A stretch of DNA of 64,000 bases from Takakia lepidozioides (Eukaryota > Plantae > Bryophyta): assembly GCA_030704615.1 (NCBI GenBank), contig CM060731.1, positions 69,254,001 to 69,318,000 on the forward strand, written 5' to 3'. This document shows, in pieces, positions 59,770 to 64,000 of this stretch (position 1 is its first letter; every line of letters begins with the position of its first letter). A program made the translations under genes and the position numbers. The notes beneath the pieces were generated by a model that was not told the DNA's origin, made no database searches, and worked only from the letters and a program-made list of their open reading frames with translations.

Positions 59770-62700
59770 ACGGTAGGGTTTTTTCCTATGTATATTTAAA
59801 ATGCCGAGATCTCAAGAGGTACATACCAGCGAAGACAAAGTAACTGACACGCCATGTCAGGTATGGCGCTTTTATATTGTGGCCACGCTTGTCTGAAAGG
59901 GACCCAAAGTTTTTTTTTTTCAAAAATCGTGTACATAAATATGCCTCTCAATTTAAGATAATAGGGTCTTCAATGGGCACGTGCGATGTGGCCGGTGGGC
60001 CCCGCGCACGGACGCCTGGCTCCCCAGCACCCCGCCCGCCCCGCCCGCCGCTGCGCGCGGTCGCCCAGTCGCGGGCGCGGCTGCAGCAACCGCGTCCGCG
60101 CCCCCGTCCGCCGCGCGGCCAGTTCCCCACCCATGAGTCCGCTGCCCTCCAGTCTGCCAGTCCGCTGCCCAGCAATCTGCCAGTCCACCAGTCTGCCCGT
60201 CAGTCCGGTGTTGGCCAGTCCGCTGCCCAGCAGTCCGCCAGTCTGCCCGCCAGTCCGCTGGCCAGTCCCCTGCCATCCAGTCCACCGACGGCGCATGATC
60301 GCCACCGTCCATTCCCATAACCCATCCGAACCCTCCATTTTTAGGGCTGCGAAAATGGCAATGATCTTCCCACCAAATCCCGGCCGCTCTCTTTTGACGG
60401 CTGTGTGTTGTCCGATATTGCGGTAGGCGTTTCCATACACGCGACTGTTCCTCTTTTGCACGCGATGTTCATGATGATGATGAAGCGTGTGCTTGAACAT
60501 GAGAAGTCTGTCTAGGCACTACAGCCACCATCGTGCATATGCTTCCACTATTTTTGCCTTCTTGTTGTGCTTTCGGGAACCTTCGTTTTATGGTTTGGTT
60601 CTATGTCATAAATATGGAAAATGCGGACATCTGTCGTCAATAACGTCTTTTGCTTGTGATCCGTCATGATACGTTTAGTCCTTTCATACTGCATCCCTCA
60701 TGAGAGCCGTCACAAGTTTAGTTCGTTAAAGGAACCCATGGGTAACATGGGCGCGAAAATGGTGGAAGCATATGCACATGGGGGCGTGTATTGCAGATTT
60801 CGTATCGGACGATGAGACTGTTTATGTGACCAAGTATAGCGGCTTTCATCCGTCGTGCATAAGTTGTGGAAAAGGGTGGAGAATCTGAAGAAACCCAGCT
60901 TTGTGATGGATCCACATGATATTATATAAGGGATGGCAGCACAAAAAAGCAATTCGAGTCGTCAAGAAACACCATCCAGTCGTAAGGTCCTCAAACATCC
61001 ACACGCACCTGCTGAATATAGATGTCTGAGCCACGACAGGAGTAGGTGCAGAATCGGTACATTGTCGCATTTGCCAGGAGACGGACCAGGCTGAGACAAT
61101 TGCATCTGCAAATGCGATGTTTGAGGTCTGTTGTGTCGCGAGTCTGTTCACAGTGGGTCCGCTGGCCCGTCAGTGCTCCGGATATTCCCCTTATCGCGTG
61201 CATAACAGTCAGTTTGGAGGCGGTCTGCTGGAAGTCCGTCTGTTGGGATATCAGTCTGTCGCACTTGTGAATTTGTCAGTTTGTTGTGTCGGAAGTCTGT
61301 TGCACTAAGTCTGTTTGACTTCTTATTTTCCATCTGGTCAGTCTTTAGGCTTGTTCTCCCGCCAGTCTGCCGAAACGTCCGTCTGCTAGACAGTTCTCCT
61401 CTATGGATATCAGTCTGTTGGACTGTGCATGCATCAGTCTGTTGTGCCGCGAGTCTGGGTGTGTTTGACTTTCCTGTTCTCCCCTTACTCTCTTTTGTCT
61501 TCATTCCGCTGGCAGGGAAGTGCCTCCAATATGAAGCCGCTTCGCCTCAGCAAAGCAAATAGTCCGCTGGACTGGCGGTCCGGTGGACTCTCGGCTCGAT
61601 GGGAAATGAGTCTGCTGCACTTGCGAGGACCGTGGATGAATTTAGTACGATGCGTTCATTCGGTGGACGTATTCAATGCGATGACGGCGGATAGTTGGCG
61701 CCTGTGAAATTGCGGCACGTTGGCAGTGCCATGCCCGCTTTCCCCCTTCTACTTCTACTTTCTTCTCATGTTCCCTGTACGATCGACTCCATTCTCTTCG
61801 CGCCTGTTTCTTCGCACCGTTTTGCACTGTTTTGTCTCTTTGCGTTTCCATCACCGTAACGAAAGACGACCGTTCTTCCCCAGGTGTGGAGAGTCGCGGT
61901 GAGCCGCGAAGCGTCGCAAACACGCTCGTCTTCGTAACAACTTGAAGTTCATCGGCTCGGTGAGGTTTTCACTTGCTGCGGTGTTTCCATTCCATTATGT
62001 GTCTTCTTCTTGCTTAGGGTGAGTCTTTTTATAGGACTTCTATCTGTCGCTCATTGTCCTTGCACCTTCGTTTCATTCTGCAGCGATGGAGGATGCTTGT
62101 GAAAATGGTGGAGCGGACTGGGTGGATTTTGTGCACCAAACCAGACTGAAGAAGGAGCGAAGGTACTAGTACTCACCAGACGAGTTTGATCATAAAATAG
62201 TGGAAGCATTTGTAGACCTCCGCGCCCGGAAGCCCAAAAGCTCGAATTGGCAGAAGGACAAGCTCTTCTGTCCCTTCTGTGAAGAGGTTATTAAGGACAA
62301 AATCCAACTAAATCGGCATTGTGTTGACATGGGTTGCAAGTAGACTGTTGCAATGATTCCACGGGATTTCAAGCCTTGGCCGATACTGAAAGAAATGTTG
62401 ATTGTCAAAGAGGCCACAATGCGCTTGCGCGGATCAGTGCTTGACCCCCGCACTCTGGAATTAGACGAAGTGCGCGCACGGTATGGCGTCCATTGTGGTG
62501 GCCCGTCAATGGAGGATTTGCAAGTGCAGGGAACGCCGGACGTTCCCAGAAAACGTAAACTGAGTGATGGGGCCCAAAAGAAGGAGAGGCAAAAAAAAGG
62601 AGAAGGCTGCAAGGTCTGCTCGCGAGGCAAGGGCAAAATCCACGCAACAGACTGAACCCCGTCCTGGGCGGCAGACCCACACCATCAGTACTGATACTGC

Positions 62701-64000
62701 AAATGAATCTGCTTAGGGCCTGGAAGGGGTGACAAGTCCAGTGGACATTGACTTGCCTGACCAGACTTGGCAGCAGACTCACACAAATATCGCGACCTAT
62801 GCCATCGGTTTAGGGTCAAAACCAAAAACTCAACAGAGCACTGAAGGGCCAGTCTGCCCTGGCACATTGCGCCTCGTTGACTTTGGGCTTTTCCCACCTG
62901 AGTGCCCACCAATTGGGGATCCAGACTTCTTCTGTTATTTCTACAGAGTTGCCCAGTCAGGTCTGCTACGCACATTCATCCGACAGGCGGAACAGAACTG
63001 ATTGAACAGCTTTGAAGATGAAGATGACGATGATGAAGTAGAGGAGGTAATGGTCAGTCTGACCGCCCAGTCTGTTCTCTATGTTGTTTGAGTCCATCAT
63101 CGGGGGGTCACGTTGCCTATTCAGTCTGGTCAGTCCGCTGCGTTCTCTCCTCAGTCCGCTGGCTCACTCCGCTCATCAGTTAGTCTGTTTTATATCGCTG
63201 CATTACTTACTGAGTCCGTTTGTCAATCCGCTGGTCCAGGCCACTGGTATAGTCTACTAGTTGCCTCCACCCTACGTACGCACGTTACAGTCTGCTGGTC
63301 TGTGAGTCCAGTCCGCTGCATGAGGTGAATATAGAGTCCACGTCCATGTTCATGACGTCCAAGTTCTCTGCCGTGTAGCAGGATGAACGTGTTTCTATTC
63401 GTAGGGCCATTCAGGCTTGGTGGATACCTAGCAATGATGCTCATTTACAAGCGACTGCAGTGCGTGCGGAAGTGGACCGCGTGCGAGAGTACATATTATT
63501 GAAGTAACCTGGGTCATCTACTGCTATAGCAGCATTACATATTCAAGACGTGTCGGGGGGGAATGCGTTTGGGACAGCCGAGTCTGCCATCCAGTAGACT
63601 CCCATTCAGCAAGCCGTCATCCAGCAGACTCCCGTTCAGCAGCCTGTCATCCAGCAGACTCCCAACGAGCAGCCTGTCATCCTGCAGACTCCTCTCCAGG
63701 AGCCCATCATGCAGCCAATGCCAATGAGATGTCCTATCATCCAACAGACTGCGGACCAGCAAACTGACCAGCAGATTGCCTTTCTCTTACATAGCACGGC
63801 GCTTTTTGCAGTTTGGCGATCGTCATCACCGGTAATTTGATCCGGAGCTGAAGACCTCACACTTCCCCGGCTTAGGGTGGGAGAAATTAATCCCCATTTG
63901 GATTGGCATAATGAGCTCCACCGGATTGTTGTGGACCGCCGGTGGTCATTTGTACCCTTTCATTATTCCATGGAGTTTTCTATTGAGGAAGCCAACCATG
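59770..64000 (+). mobile_element. Left part of a large decayed DNA-transposon-like element with a GC-rich CAGTC(C/T)G-repeat end and degenerate internal ORFs
   Basis: A very GC-rich 59990-60300 segment and dispersed ccagtccgc/cagtctg motifs through 63320. Broken plus-strand ORF 62086-63046 (MEDACENGG...LFCPFCEEVIKDKIQLNRHC...RKRKLSDG...EDEDDDDEVEE|gt). Runs off the window; no transposase seen. Confidence 0.5.
63588..63717 (+). repeat. 30-bp tandem repeat x~4 encoding (Q)QTPVQQPVI units in a decayed ORF
   Basis: catccagcagactcccgttcagcagcctgt and variants at 30-bp period. Confidence 0.85.

Noticed and set aside
59877-60500. Several overlapping 120-176-aa ORFs
   Set aside because: Produced by GC-rich short-motif repeats that lack stop codons; not gene-like.

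Overview
Eukaryotic nuclear DNA from a land plant, most likely a non-seed plant (bryophyte, lycophyte or fern; inferred from gene and TE content, species not determinable). There are two intact spliced host genes, arranged head-to-head: an 8-exon RING (C3HC4) transmembrane E3-ligase gene (minus strand, 9879-14933) and a 17-exon MRL1-type chloroplast PPR gene (plus strand, 43441-53391). About 27 kb of nested, decayed transposons separates them. The flanks hold a PLS-class PPR pseudogene, a truncated L1-like LINE, tRNA-derived SINEs, a P450 remnant and further TE relics. The most notable structure is in the TE island. A CACTA/En-Spm element (Tnp2 transposase plus a Ptta fragment) has two identical 19-bp termini, flanked by a TGA target-site duplication, that split a P-element-like transposase. 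The termini now lie in direct orientation, which implies an inversion. Inside or next to the displaced end lie an FCP1/NIF-like HAD phosphatase gene and a large decayed multi-exon gene. That gene appears to fuse a ParB/Srx-like domain, a permuted N6/N4 DNA-methyltransferase-like domain, an acidic/SP-repeat linker and two NIF domains. Domain calls are by motif recognition only; no searches were run.
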